Positions 51,985 to 64,000 of a stretch of DNA of 64,000 nucleotides are shown piece after piece. Origin of the DNA: Octopus sinensis (lineage: Eukaryota); the NCBI RefSeq assembly GCF_006345805.1, contig NC_043015.1, forward strand, positions 24,614,001-24,678,000, given 5' to 3'. A model generated the notes under the pieces. That model was given only the letters and a program-made list of their open reading frames with translations. It was not told the origin of the DNA and made no database searches. Both the position numbers and the translations under genes were made by a program. How positions within the stretch are numbered: the stretch's first letter is position 1; the number at the start of each line of letters is the position of its first letter.

Positions 51985-52450
51985 GGATTCTGAGACACAA
52001 ATGTTTCAACATTATTATGTCTCTTCAGTCAAATGTAACTCTGGATATTGGAATCTAAACAAGACTGGTTGTTCTTGTTCATAGAGTTTATTAAGCAGAT
52101 ATATGCAACAGTGATGAGCATATTCACGTTTGATCAGCTGTAATGCATTAAGAGCAACTGTACACATCATCATAAGAATTTAACTTTTTATTCTTTGGCT
52201 CCCTTATCAACTCAGAGTGTCAAGCCTATGACCTAAAGTGTTTCTACTCCCTGTGACACAATGATTGTATCTTTTAGACATATATTGTCTAACTTTATGC
52301 AAATATGACTGCTATTTCTCACACACTGAGCAACTATGTTACTATTTCCATGCTTTGATTGAAAACCAGAAATGTTGCTTGTAGAGCTAAGAAGGTAACC
52401 ATAAATATAGTTGCCATAAATATGGATAGATGAATCATTCACAGTCTCAT
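51985..52450 (-). mobile_element. Highly decayed CR1/Jockey-type LINE reverse transcriptase relic
   Basis: VCLHETVNDSSIHIYGNYI resembles INDLP...S.I.LYADD; ALNALQLIKREYAH...LLNKLYEQEQPVL resembles the A..TLGLIKR...LY...RP.LEY thumb motif, in the expected order. Confidence 0.5.
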
Positions 52451-52544
52451 GCAAGCAAACATGAAATGACAAAAGTTCCACATCATTTGAATTCAGAATA
52501 TGATAATAATCAGGATGATCATGATGATGATGATATGGAAGGAA

Positions 52545-53105
52545 GTATGATAACAGCTAAGTTTGTTCACTGGAGATTGTGGGCAAAGAACAGTCATGAA
52601 AGAACACACAGACCAGAAGACATCACTGAGTATAATGAGGGTTTTTACAATCCAGTGTGACTCAGTGATTGATGCTTGAAGATGACATGTTGTTGCAATG
52701 GATGAAAATAAAGAAAGAAATCAAGATCATAGATATTGCCATATCTAGGAATGTACAAGTGGATGACAGAAATCATTGAAACGTACAATCTATTTAAAGG
52801 TGAAATTGCATGAATGTGGACCTTGAAGTTCAGAACTGTCAGTCCCGTAGTTGAAGGACATTAACTGAGGTCATTAACAAACAGGTTTGACAAATTTGTT
52901 GGAGGAATTGGGATTGACACGAAGGTAGAACATGCCCAGAAAACTGCTTTACTGAGGACAAGTAGGATCTTAAGACTGGTATTTGTGTGTTAAGTATCAT
53001 GGAAAGAAACCCTGGGAGACCTTTGACAACAAGTTACTGTCTGCTCTTACAGAATTAATAGGAGTAAGTGAAATTGAGAGCTCAGAGAAAAGAAATGAAA
53101 GGATA
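52545..53105 (+). mobile_element. Decayed R4/Dong-like LINE 3' end
   Basis: AKFVHWRL, FTIQCDSVIDA, KIIDIAI, GIGIDTKVEHAQKTALLRTSRILRLV; the UTR runs into (AAT)n. Confidence 0.75.
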
Positions 53106-53122
53106 ATAATAATAATAATATC

Positions 53123-53317
53123 CCTAAAGATTTGAACAGTTGGATATAGGAAATAGGCATAAAATCCAGTTTAGTACAGCTTCTGAAAACAGTGTTGTTA
53201 AAGACAGCTAGGATATTTAGGAGGGTTCTTGGCATCTAAGGTTACTTTTCGTAGCCCAGTGTTAGGAATTTTTCTTTTCCAACAGTCCAATATCATGTGT
53301 GCATATGAATAATAATG

Positions 53318-53318
<1 letters not shown>
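53123..53318 (+). mobile_element. R4/Dong-like LINE 3' terminal fragment between (AAT)n tracts
   Basis: PKDLNSWI*EIGIKSSLVQLLKTVLLKTARIFRRVLGI*, then a UTR and (AAT)n. Confidence 0.8.
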
Positions 53319-53373
<55 letters not shown>

Positions 53374-53375
<2 letters not shown>

Positions 53376-53858
53376 ATTGCTTTGTCTTGGTATAAAAGAT
53401 GGGCTACAGCAAATATTCTGCTCAATACCACAGATTTGCTTGTCAGTTGTTTGGCCTTAACCAGTTGACCATGTCCCTTAGTGGTTGATGATATGTGCAT
53501 CTCTGATCACGAGCAGAAGTAGTGGGGGAACATCATAGCCATATGTTGAGAGGAATTCTTTGGGGTTTGAATAATTCACCTTTGGAAACATGGGTGTTTC
53601 GTTCAACATCCTTAAACAACCCTTATTCAGGGACCTTTTGAGCAGGATGTGTTACTTGACCAGAATAAAATTCTAACTGGGCCCCACCTGCAAGGTCATG
53701 TGCTGATTATCTTGATATGAGATCACCATGTCACACACATATGGTTGTGATGCATGTGCCTGGTGTAGCCTTATCAGACAGGTAGTTATGAAGTGTATAC
53801 TGGGCTTCGTATATTTTACCCCAGTGTCACTTTGATGGCATGCACTGATCTCTCACTC
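53374..53858 (+). mobile_element. Family D element, 5'-truncated
   Basis: Aligns to 5446-6130 from acattg onward; same 3' end; (AAT)n on both sides. Confidence 0.9.
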
Positions 53859-53883
53859 AATAATAATAATAATCATAATAATG

Positions 53884-53932
<49 letters not shown>

Positions 53933-53934
<2 letters not shown>

Positions 53935-54150
53935 GGGAAATACGAAGGTTGTGGTCAATGAGGAGAGCAGATGTGATACCAATAGTAATTGGGTCACTTG
54001 GAAGTATCAGCACTCAACTGCCAACAGTGGCTAAAAAAATTCTTCACAGGGTTCTTGAAGCATGACCAGTAAACAGGTGTCACCTTTGCCTGCTGACTGT
54101 GGACAGCTGACACTTTTCTTCATACCCAGCAACATAAGCTGTGAGTTTTC

Positions 54151-54152
<2 letters not shown>
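53933..54152 (+). mobile_element. R4/Dong-like LINE 3' terminal fragment with an apparent internal deletion
   Basis: REIRRLWSMRRADVIPIVIGSLGSISTQLP...ILHRVLEA*, then a UTR and (AAT)n. Confidence 0.8.
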
Positions 54153-54207
<55 letters not shown>

Positions 54208-54904
54208 TAATAATAATAATAATAATTCTTTCTACTTAAGGCACCACAAGGCCACCAGTTTTTTGGGGAGTGGCACTTCATTTTATTGACTCCTGAAAAG
54301 GTGCCAGTTTTAACCCTAGAAGTATTTGAAGCCAAAATGTAAAGAGCAGTAATAATTCCTATGAAGCACTTTTTCTGATATTGTAACAATTCTTGCCGCT
54401 TTAATAGAAGTTTGTTTTAAGAACAAGGCAAGTAGTTTCGAGGGGGAGGGTTAGATGATAGCCTTAACCTGACGTACTTGACTGATACCCAAAATGAAAA
54501 CAACTGTGACCTCAGCAGGAAGGGAACTCAGATTGTAGAAAGCTGGAGGAAATACCAGAAAGCTTTCTCCAGATGATCTGATGATTCTTCCTAGTCTAAT
54601 CACCAATCACTGATATTCCATGTGGTGGGATACACCCAATAGCACAACCCAGCATTTTACAGAGAATTTTGTAAAATGAAATCAATTGGGTACAAACTCA
54701 GAAAAGAAAAGGAATTATCTGAACACTTCATTATGCTGTCCAGCATTTCCAGTAAATCTGCCAAATTCTTGCCTCAAAGATAACTATTTAAAGTCTGTCC
54801 AAATTCTGTTGTCCTTGTTTCTATTGATTTTCCTGATGAGTTACTAAAGCCAAAATGAAAAACAAAAATAATAATAATAATAATAAAAATGGTGATGATG
54901 ATAA

Positions 54905-55122
54905 TAATTTCAAATTTTGGCACAAGGCCAGCAGCTTCGGGAAAGGGGTTAAATTGATTACATTCAGCCCCAGTATGTAACTGGTACTTATTTTATCAAC
55001 CCTGAAAGGATGAAAGGCAAAGGTAACCTAGGCAGATTTTGAACTCAGAACATAAAGATAGAAGAATTGCTACAAAGTATTTTGCCTGGTACAGTACCAA
55101 TTAGACCAGCTCACCACCTTAA
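54905..55122 (-). mobile_element. SINE family C
   Basis: tttggcacaaggcc...cccagtatgtaactggtactt...gaaaggatgaaaggc...ctcaccacctt. Confidence 0.8.
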
Positions 55123-55979
55123 CAGTAATGATGATAATAATAATGAGGATGATGATGATGATGATGATGATGATGTTCAAGATGTTGACAGTGTTCAAAT
55201 TCTTAGCTCTAAATGCACTTTTGTTTCAAAAAGTCTTTAGAAATGTGATCATATATCAATTTGCCAGTTCTCTAATAACTCCAATGCAAAATTGCTACTT
55301 AAAGATTTGTTAAGCATGATCAAAGCAAGGAATTGATGCCAATGCTGCCGAGAACTGGTTTACATTGTGACCTATCAGTCACCATTATTATTACTTCAAT
55401 GTACACAACAGACACTCTACAGAGTTTCTGGCTGTGAACAGAATATTAATCTTGACGACTGCTTTGGCTAATGTTATTTGAAATGGGTTTCTTGAATTAT
55501 TTATCAAAATGTTGATTTTCAGCTTGTATCAGCAAGCTTTTGTAGCATTAATATGACTGCTTGTGACAACTTTCGAAGGAGATGAACAGAAATATATCAG
55601 CCAATGTGACTTTAATATGGCAACACATCTCTGGAGAGAAAATATAACAAATTTAATTACTAAAATATATGCTAAAATGTATTCATTTATCTGACACTCT
55701 CAAACAGCAGAGATAGGCAATCCCTCGGGTTCCAATAATCAGTCATATCTAGCAATGATTGAACCAAATATAATTTCCTTTATTCTCAACAATCTACAGA
55801 AGCAAACCATGGTAAACTTGGAGAGTTAGTGACATTTGTTGGTTCATTCTTTGTAATGTAATTTTCATTCCTTTAAGATGTCGCTAAAATTGTGTTTTGT
55901 GAGCAGAAGAATTCTTAGTTGTAGTTTCCTAAGAAGTCAGTAATTATCCTATGAGTGCCCCTATTACACACATGCATAC

Positions 55980-56305
55980 ATCAACATCATTATCATCATC
56001 ATTATCATCAACATTATTAGTATCATCAACATCATTATTGTTGTTGTTGTCGTCATCATCTATATCATCAAAATCATCATCATCCTCATCATCAAGATCA
56101 TCATTAGCATCATCATCAACATCATCATTATTGTCATCATCATCATCGTCATCATCATCAGCATCATCGTTACTGTGATCATCATTATCAGCAGCAAAAT
56201 CATCATTAGCATCATCATTATCATCATCATCATCATCAACATCATTGTTATTGCTGTCATCATCATCGACATCATCAAAATCATCATCATCATCATCATC
56301 ATCAA
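55980..56305. repeat. Interrupted (CAT)n tract
   Basis: Direct reading; abuts an RTE terminal cassette on the minus strand, so probably an expanded (GAT)n tail. Confidence 0.9.
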
Positions 56306-57342
56306 TTAATGTCTATTTTCCATGCAGGCAGGGTTTGCTTTGTTTGACAAGAGCTGGCAACGCCAAGAGCAACACAAGACTCCATAGTCTCTTCAGACAT
56401 GGTTACAATAGCTAGATGCCTTTCCTGATGCCAACCACTCTACAGAGTGTACTGGATGCCTTTTAGGTTGCACCAGCACTGACAGAATCACCAAATACCT
56501 CGCAAGACAAGAACCCTTCAACTGGAAGGGCACTGAGTAAGATTTAGGCTGTTTGGGTGTATATGAGTGTTTGCTGTTTCTCACCATTTGACAACTGGTG
56601 TTGGTCTGATTATGTCCCCCGTAACATAATGGTTTGGCAAAAGAAAATGATAGAACAAATACCGGACTTAAAACTTTCAAGGTGGTGCCCCAGCATATAA
56701 ATGTATGTATGTATGTATGTATGTATGTATGTATGTATGTATGTATGTATGTATGTATGTATGTATGTATGTATGTGTGTGTGTGTGTATGTGTGCGTGT
56801 ATGTATGTATGTATGTATGTATGTATATATGGGAAAAAAGAGGCAAAATAAAGCTTATCTGATGTGTATCTTCCTTATTTTAATCATCAGAAAAGCTACA
56901 AAATGGATTCAAGCATTGACTGGCACTTTTCAAAATCTGCATTGCAGTCCTTACTTGATAAAACACAAATCCAAGTCCTCTGATGTAGCACAAACCCACT
57001 TTCTACCTCAGAATTTCTCTCTCTTCAATTATATATATATTATATATATATATATGTATATATATATGTATGCATAATATATATATTATATATATATATA
57101 TCATATATATAGATAGATAGATACATACATGTATGTGTGTCTGTGTGTCTGTATATATATACCATCATCATCGTTTAACATCCATTTTACATTCTAGCAT
57201 GGGTTGGACAGTTCGACTGGGGTCTGGGAAGCCAGGAGGCTGCACCAGGATCCAGTCTGATCTGGCAGTGTTTCTACAGCTGGATGTGCTTCCTAATGCC
57301 AACCACTCCATGAGTGTAGAGGGTGCTTTTTACATGTCACCG

Positions 57343-57385
<43 letters not shown>

Positions 57386-57392
<7 letters not shown>

Positions 57393-57494
57393 TGACGGAG
57401 TGAGGTAAAAAATCCAAGGCTGTAAATAATTTTCATAAGTGTTCTGGAAACTATTTACAGCTTTGGATTTTTTATCTCATTCTATCAATTTATA
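57386..57494. other. 109-bp near-perfect hairpin (small MITE-like) at the edge of (TA)n
   Basis: tataaattgacggagtgaggtaaaaaatccaaggctgtaaata pairs with tatttacagctttggattttttatctcattctatcaatttata. Confidence 0.8.
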
Positions 57495-57679
57495 AATGCA
57501 TGCTAATATATGACCCAAGTTGGACTCCTCATTTTTATCATTATCAAACCTGGAGCTTAACCATGGTCTATCCATAGCACTTACTTAGCGTTACCCACCA
57601 CCTTTTGGGTCTTCTTGACACCAATACCTCTCATATCCTTGATATATATATAGAGCAATATATATAATATATATTATAA

Positions 57680-58181
57680 CAAATACACTGGCAGACAGGA
57701 ATCACTTCTTGCACTGGTAAAATACAAAATCTTGCTTGGTGTGGTTATGAACCCTACCACAACTCCCTGGCCAAGACCATTCTTCAGAGCATAGATGAAG
57801 GAGACCGAAAGAGAGGCAGACATAGAAAAGCCTAGTTTGACAACATCAAGGAATGGACAGGTCACAAAACAGAAAACTTACTACACATGACACCAGTAGC
57901 TGACTATAAAAGCTATGATGAGGCTTTTTTGTAGCTGGGAATGATGGGTTTGGAGAAATCGGTGGAATGGCTGGCAAGTGTGAATGGAGTGCAGTGGTAT
58001 GGACATGTGTTGGGGAGGGATGGGTAGCTTGTTCTGAGGAGGGGGATTGCATTTGAGGTAAATGGAGCATGAAAATGAGGTAGACCGAGGAAAAGGAGGA
58101 GTACCAGTGAAACACTAGGGTTGATGGAATCAACTAACTCCCCTCCTCCAAATTTCAGGTCTTGTCCTTATTAGAAAGGAT

Positions 58182-58190
<9 letters not shown>
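57680..58190 (+). mobile_element. Two adjacent decayed RTE C-terminal fragments followed by a SINE family C tail
   Basis: HNSLAKTILQSIDEGDRKRGRHRKA*FDNIKEWTG, then VNGVQWYGHVLGRDG*LVLRRGIAFEVNGA*K*GRPRK, then agtaccagtgaaacactagggttgat...gaaaggattatt. Confidence 0.7.
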
Positions 58191-58238
<48 letters not shown>

Positions 58239-58730
58239 TACAAACACACACAAACACACACACACACACACACACAAATATGATTCAAAGGCTCTGAGAA
58301 AGCCAAAAGATGATGCGCAAGCACCTAGCTCTGAGTGCTCTGAATCTCATAGCAGAAATGACTGTAAGCTATTGAAGTTGATCCCATAACTCCTGTTCCC
58401 TTGAGGTTCTATTAATTCCATATATATAAACATGTATATGCCCCCCACCACCACAAATCTGCATATGCATAAGTGCAACTGTGTAAGTGAGTCTGCGTTT
58501 CCCTTGTTTACATATTCTTTTATTCTTTTACTTGTTTCAGTCATTTGACTGCAGCTATGCTGGAGCACTGCCTTTAATTAAGCAAATCGACCCCAGGACT
58601 TATTTTTTGTAAGCCTAGTACTTATTCTATCAGTCTCTATTGCCAAATCACTAAGTTACAGGGACATAAACACACCAGCATCGGTTGTCAAGTGATGTTG
58701 GGGGACAAACACAGACACACAAACATATAT

Positions 58731-58783
<53 letters not shown>

Positions 58784-60018
58784 TACAATGGGCTTCTTTC
58801 GGTTTCTGTCTACCAGATCCACTGACAAAGCTTTGGTCAGCCAAAGACTATAGTAGAGAACACTTGCCCAAAGTGCACTGCAGTGGGACTGAACCACCCA
58901 GCCACTTCTGCACCTATATGTTTACCAATTGTAAGCAAAAGGGTGAATCAAAACATTATCCTTTCTTTTTTGTTCACTGTGTAAACATGTCTAAGGTGTT
59001 CATTAATTGACAAGCTAGGGGATTCTTTCCTTGCTTGGAAACAGGGGAATGTTAGTAACTTGAAGGGCATCCAGCCTTAGAATCTCTAATTCAGGCAATT
59101 CCATCTCACCCATGCAAGAAGAGAAAAGGAAATTTTAAAAATCGATTATGATGATGATGATGATGATGATGATGACGATGGTGAGGAAGATGATGATAAT
59201 GCACGTGCTCACACACACACACACACTCACACACACACACATCAAAGGCTATGAATGTTAATATGATCTTATGACCTTCACCAGCCACCACCCAACCAAC
59301 CTATTTCTTCCTAAATTCTAAGTACAAAGCCAATGAAAAGTCCTTCTGAATATGTCTAGATTTCACAGGAAATATTTCATACAGTTTCCCAACTATTAAA
59401 ATGTAAAATAGTTTTATTTCACACATATTTTCATTGAAATATTTTTTTTTATGTGTATGAAATAGTTTCGTGAATATTTTTGCTCGCAGAAATCTTTGTT
59501 CACAAGCAGAAATCAGAAATTTGGTGGTTTCTCATATCAAAAATGCAACTATATCGAATAATAGGTCCAACCTTTTATCAAGATAGTTTTTCTAAATTCA
59601 TATATTTCCATTTCTGTTATCAACATTAATAAGAATTGATCATTTGTACTCTTCCTAGAAACCGAGTGAAAATAAAATAAAATAAAATAAAATAAAACAC
59701 AAACAAAACATAAAGAAGAAAATCTAAAATAATCAACTAAATAAAATTGTTGATTAGTTATTTCAGAAGAAAAAAAAAAATAAAGAAGAAAAACAACAAA
59801 TTTGCAATAAACAAAGAATGGAACAAGTTCTTTCTAATTTAACAAATAGCTAAGAATTCACACTTAATTTATGTTTCTCTCGTAACTAGAATTCCGATAA
59901 TCAGATAAATTTTTTTTATCATTCTCCTCCAACCATTTTATTCTATATTACCATTTTCTGCAGGATAAAAAAAAAAAAACTATACATACATACATATACA
60001 TAAATATCTATCTATCTA

Positions 60019-60056
<38 letters not shown>

Positions 60057-62225
60057 CAATGCACTGTTGCATGGATGCACAAAAGAGAGAGAGAGAGAAG
60101 GGGTGGTGTGAAGTTATGATAAGAAGTATCAACAAATATTTATCCGTTATAGTGGAAGCCTAATTTATATTATTCCAGATTTCTTTGATGCAAAAGAATC
60201 TAAGTAGATTTCTTTTATTCTCTAAGACTATATAAAATCATCGAAGAGGAAAATATTGTTAGGCACATCTTCCTCGCAATAAAACTATAACAACATTTAG
60301 AACAATAACAAAAAGAAAAAAGATAACCAAATAAAAGGAAAACTACAAAAAAAAAAGAAAATGATTAATATTTTGCGATGTTGTAAACTATCTCTGTATG
60401 TAGAAGATGAACATTGTAACATTTAGAATATCTGAAATTATGTTTTCATAAATCTTTTTCATTTGGTTGTCAAACAAGATTTATTTCATTTGTTTTTGTA
60501 TTTTTATTTTAATCTCTTTTTCTGTTCTTTCACTAGAAATGTTATACTTTAATTTAAACACACACTTGTTAAAAATCAATATTCACACTTTCGGGCTTTT
60601 CGGATTTACATGTTTTATGTTGTTTATTTATTTGTTTTTGTTCTTTATTTCTTATTTCCCCTCCCCCCACTCTTTATGATGTTACATCCATACACCACAT
60701 CAATAGAAATCTGTGTCTATCGAACAGGGAATAACAGAAACTTTGTATAATAAAATATTTCATTTCCAAAGGCAGTATCTAGCAAAATTAGAGAGAGAAT
60801 AGACAAAAATGCCAACAGCATTTAGTTACATCTCTTCACATTCTGATTTCAAATCACCCTGAAGCTGAATTCATCCTCCATGGCCTCAACACCACCACCC
60901 ATCCACCCTAGCACCTTTCCCACCTTTTTTTCCAATAACCCTAATCATCCAATTTTTTCCCTGTTCCCTGCTATATTCCTTGACCAATACCAGTGTAGAG
61001 ATACAGTCGGGGTATGTGACATGCTGTGCCAAAATTGTCATTATTTTGCCAGGATTTGAAAAATGATAAAGAATACCCACCATGGGGTGGAATTTGGATT
61101 TAGAACATGAAGAATAGTAACAATTGTTTTGTCAAAGCATGTATGCCATTCAACAACTGCTGCTTTAATTTTACTGTCTCATTAAGTGTGGGTGCAACTC
61201 ATTAATTGAATTGTAAGATTTAATGCAAGTAATGGTTTGTATTTAGTCAGAAGGTCAGTAATTTTGAGAAGAGGGGTGCTTAGTATCATGTACCCCTGTA
61301 CATGACACATATTTCATTATATTGACTCCAGAAGCACGAAAGAAACTGGTGACCTGAGCAGTATTTGAACTTGGAATGCAAAAGAGCCTGAAGAAAACCA
61401 CCAGCATTTTACTTCACACTAAGTGCTGACTGGAGGTAAAGATGAACGACAGACCAGCACTTCAATTACAAGACTATTTGTCATTGCAAACACTACACAG
61501 CAGTTGTACCTTTTGATATGTGGTATATTTGAAGAACGGCTAATTCTGCTAGTTTCAAGGGAATCATGAATTATTTAGTGAAAGTGAAATAATGCAAAAC
61601 TCTCTTAATACCAACCTATCTGAAAATTCCCCTGGTTCTGGCACAAACTTCCTGTTTAAAGTGTTCCAAATTGAAACCTTGCAGCATAATTTCATGCCAA
61701 TTTATGTTCAAATACCAACTTGATAAGAGAAAATTTATTTTAGATCTTTCATTCTTCTTGAAGTTAATGAAAACAAAAGTAGAGGATTTCAATGGAAATA
61801 TGGTAACAGAAGGGTTAAAATATCAGGGTACACACATTTAAATAATATTTACTCTGAAGAGAAACATCAAACTCTGTAATAAAATTAGTGAAGTGGTCAA
61901 CTAAAAAGTTTCATGACATGTATCAAGTCCTAATAAATAGGCAAATTCTTGCTTTCACTTTAAAGTTGGTGCTTATTTCACTTTAGTTTTGGTATTAACT
62001 TTATCAGTCTGATAGGAAAACATCTAGGTACCCCCTCTACAACTCTCAGATCTTATGAAGCAAACATAAATACTTCTATATATTTAGTCCAACAACCTGC
62101 AGCATTAACTTGCAATACCACTCTAATTTCTCTCTCTCTCTCTCTCTCTCTCTCCCTCCCCCCTCTCTCTTTCATCATCATTGTTTAACGTCCGTTTTCC
62201 ATGCTAGCATGAGTTGGACAATATA

Positions 62226-62304
<79 letters not shown>

Positions 62305-62321
62305 CACATACACACACATGT

Positions 62322-62368
<47 letters not shown>

Positions 62369-63106
62369 TTTGAATGTAATGCCTAAAATGGCTCATTCCT
62401 GTCCCACTATCATACTTTAGCTTCTCAATAACTGACCCAAAACCATTTCCTTCTCTGCTGTATCCCCATTCAAGTGAAGAAACTTTTTCTAGTGAGATAC
62501 TTTGTGATCTCACTAATGCCTATAACACTAAAATTACATCCAGGACACACTGCAAAATGGTTGGCATTAGGAATGGTATTCAACAGTATAACTCTTGCCA
62601 AAGAAGACATTTCAGGCCAATACAGGCCATGGATTAATGGGATCCACTTGAACCAACTCACCAAAGTTAGCATGGAATATGGACATCAAATGACAATAAT
62701 GACAAATAATAAGTTTTTGGTAAGAATTGTAGACGAAAGTGTCAGGAAAGAATACACAGGAAACCAAAAATTATTCTCCCTTTTACTGGCACCTGACCCT
62801 GGCCTCATTGACAATTTTAATTCATCTAATTGGATTTCTAACTTAGAATTTATGGAATTTGTTAATTATAATCAATGGTTCATTGTTTTGAATGTCATAA
62901 AATGTTGCCCAATGTTTAACTTTCTCCACTCTTCTTGGCATATTATTTGCTTTTCCTACTCAGACATGAGACAAATAGTTTAAAAGTGGGTGGGAAGCAT
63001 TATCACAGTAATCAACCGGTGTGATATTGATAATATTAGAACCTGAAACCATGTGGTTGGGAAGCAAGCTTCTCAGCCATTTAGCCATACTCATACCTCA
63101 CTGTTT

Positions 63107-63144
<38 letters not shown>

Positions 63145-64000
63145 TCAACTAGTGTATCACTGATAATTCTATTATTTATCCTAGTGAAATTTCAACTTCG
63201 AATAAAGGTGAAGTGAGGTGTCAGATAATCTTATGCATCTTAGACATTCTCTCCTTCAAAGACTACAGATCTGAAGAATAATTTCTTTGATGTGGATTTG
63301 ACACCTCTACACTTTAAGGAAATACCATTCACTAGACATAACAGGACAATAATTTTGAACTACAGCCTCACAACCCATGAACTGTCAACATCATTCAACC
63401 ATGCATGCATTTTGCATTCAGACGAGCTGAAGGCAAACTTCCTGTAGTAGTAGCAGTGATTCTAGGGAATGAAGGATGTGTGACTGTATGTGGAAGCTAC
63501 AATGGCTTGTTTAGTGCAAAATACAATGGTTTGTGGCAGGTGTTTAAATTGAAATGCCTACTAATATTAAATCGTGCATTGGTTCGTATTTCCAGTAATA
63601 AGTTGTGTAAGCTGAAACAAAGTATGAAATCCACAAGAATGAAACATAAGGAACAGTAGACATACCCAATACAGCCTTGTGAAAATATTAAAATTTTCCA
63701 TACTCCCATCTTTGGTTTGGACACAGTAATGTTCACACCATACAAGTAATTGTTGATATAACAGATGGATACTCCATACAGTGCAATAATACTACAGAGA
63801 GATTCCCAGTTCTTGATATCCTTGAAGTTGATTACAAGCATCAGCAGAAACTCATGGCGGCTTAATTATAAAGTGCCATGGAAAGGTATTTCCACTGCAC
63901 GACCTACTACACCTTACTCCCACCTGTTCCTCTAATAAATGCCCATCAACCACCTATCTACCTCCATCATCATGTAGATGGTGACTTATACCCATATGGT

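Noticed and set aside
59480-59640. Strong minus-strand acceptor (ttttcactcggtttctag) followed by a short open frame
   Set aside because: No convincing donor before the stop and no recognisable product.
60860-61083. Minus-strand ORF faintly like an RTE C-terminus
   Set aside because: Too few conserved residues to call.
62474-62983. 169-aa ORF
   Set aside because: Starts at TTG/GTG-type sequence, crosses a decayed RTE terminal cassette and AT-rich DNA, and shows no domain signature.

Overview
AT-rich, repeat-dense eukaryotic (animal) DNA. I could not support any host protein-coding exon. The microsatellite load, tRNA-headed SINEs, RTE LINEs with (GAT)n tails and R4/Dong-type LINEs in (AAT)n tracts resemble an octopus genome; this is an inference from pattern recognition, not a database match. 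Almost every ORF in the supplied track is a microsatellite translation or a decayed LINE fragment. The main find is a 479/480-bp tandem repeat at 48847-49840, inserted in (TA)n. Each unit carries a complete type I hammerhead ribozyme (49049-49096, 49528-49575), the architecture of a non-LTR retrozyme or Penelope pseudo-LTR able to release a 479-nt monomer or circular RNA. Interleaved inverted and direct duplications surround it. Further intact or decayed hammerhead motifs sit in other small AT-rich elements (27119-27174, 45568-45645, 48599-48643). A second theme is a ~555-bp non-coding element found five times, always in (AAT)n and in the same polarity as R4/Dong LINE fragments, forming stacked arrays.
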